From Tubulanus polymorphus (lineage: Eukaryota; Animalia; Nemertea): a stretch of 64,000 nt of DNA. Shown piece after piece: positions 63,791-64,000 of this stretch. A program made the translations under genes and the position numbers. Numbering within the stretch: the stretch's first letter is position 1; every line of letters starts with the position of its first letter. Where the stretch lies: assembly GCF_964204645.1 (NCBI RefSeq), contig NC_134028.1, positions 16,499,653 to 16,563,652 of the forward strand, written 5' to 3'. The notes beneath the pieces were generated by a model, which was not told the DNA's origin, ran no database searches, and saw only the letters and a program-made list of their open reading frames with translations.

Positions 63791-64000
63791 ATAAATAATA
63801 ATAATAAAAAGTTCTTTTAAAGCGCTTTTCCGCAGTATCCCACGCTCAAAGCGCTATCTCCTGGAAATACTGCAAAAACAGATATTTCTTTAGAGCGTTG
63901 CGAAAAGATCCTTCGTCAACGGTGGCACGAATGGAAATGGGTAGACTATTCCAAAGGTAGGGTGCACAGCTAGAAAAGGCACGGTCGCCATATTTGGATT
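63790..64000 (-). mobile_element. 3' end of an L2-clade LINE
   Basis: YGDRAFSSCAPYLWNSLP...FRNALKKYLF; AGCGCTTT...AAAGCGCT stem-loop; (TTA)n tail. Confidence 0.85.

Noticed and set aside
53710-64000. Polinton integrase, packaging ATPase or adenain protease
   Set aside because: No matching motifs seen in any of the three relics; they may lie beyond the window or be deleted

Overview
AT-rich eukaryotic (probably invertebrate animal) DNA made up almost entirely of nested, decayed mobile elements; I see no supportable host gene. It holds three relics of one Polinton/Maverick (adintovirus-like) family: (1) 9567-19767, bounded by ~160-bp TIRs and a 6-bp TSD inside a Gypsy element; (2) ~53760-63790, with pPolB, penton, membrane proteins and the start of the major capsid gene; (3) a rearranged fragment at 20396-23036 and 30441+. 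Also present are two Gypsy LTR retrotransposons, an LTR element carrying a non-gag ORF, three LINEs, a MULE-like element, Helentron-type (HINE) elements, MITEs and a multi-kb inverted duplication. The main finding is a full-size LAGLIDADG intein (15583-16692) at the catalytic YFD|TD site of the pPolB of element 1, while the sister pPolB of element 2 has the empty site (YFDTDS). In addition, 11 Polinton genes start with a poxvirus-late-promoter-like ATAAATG, which hints at dependence on a large DNA virus helper. All calls come from reading the sequence by eye; no searches were run.
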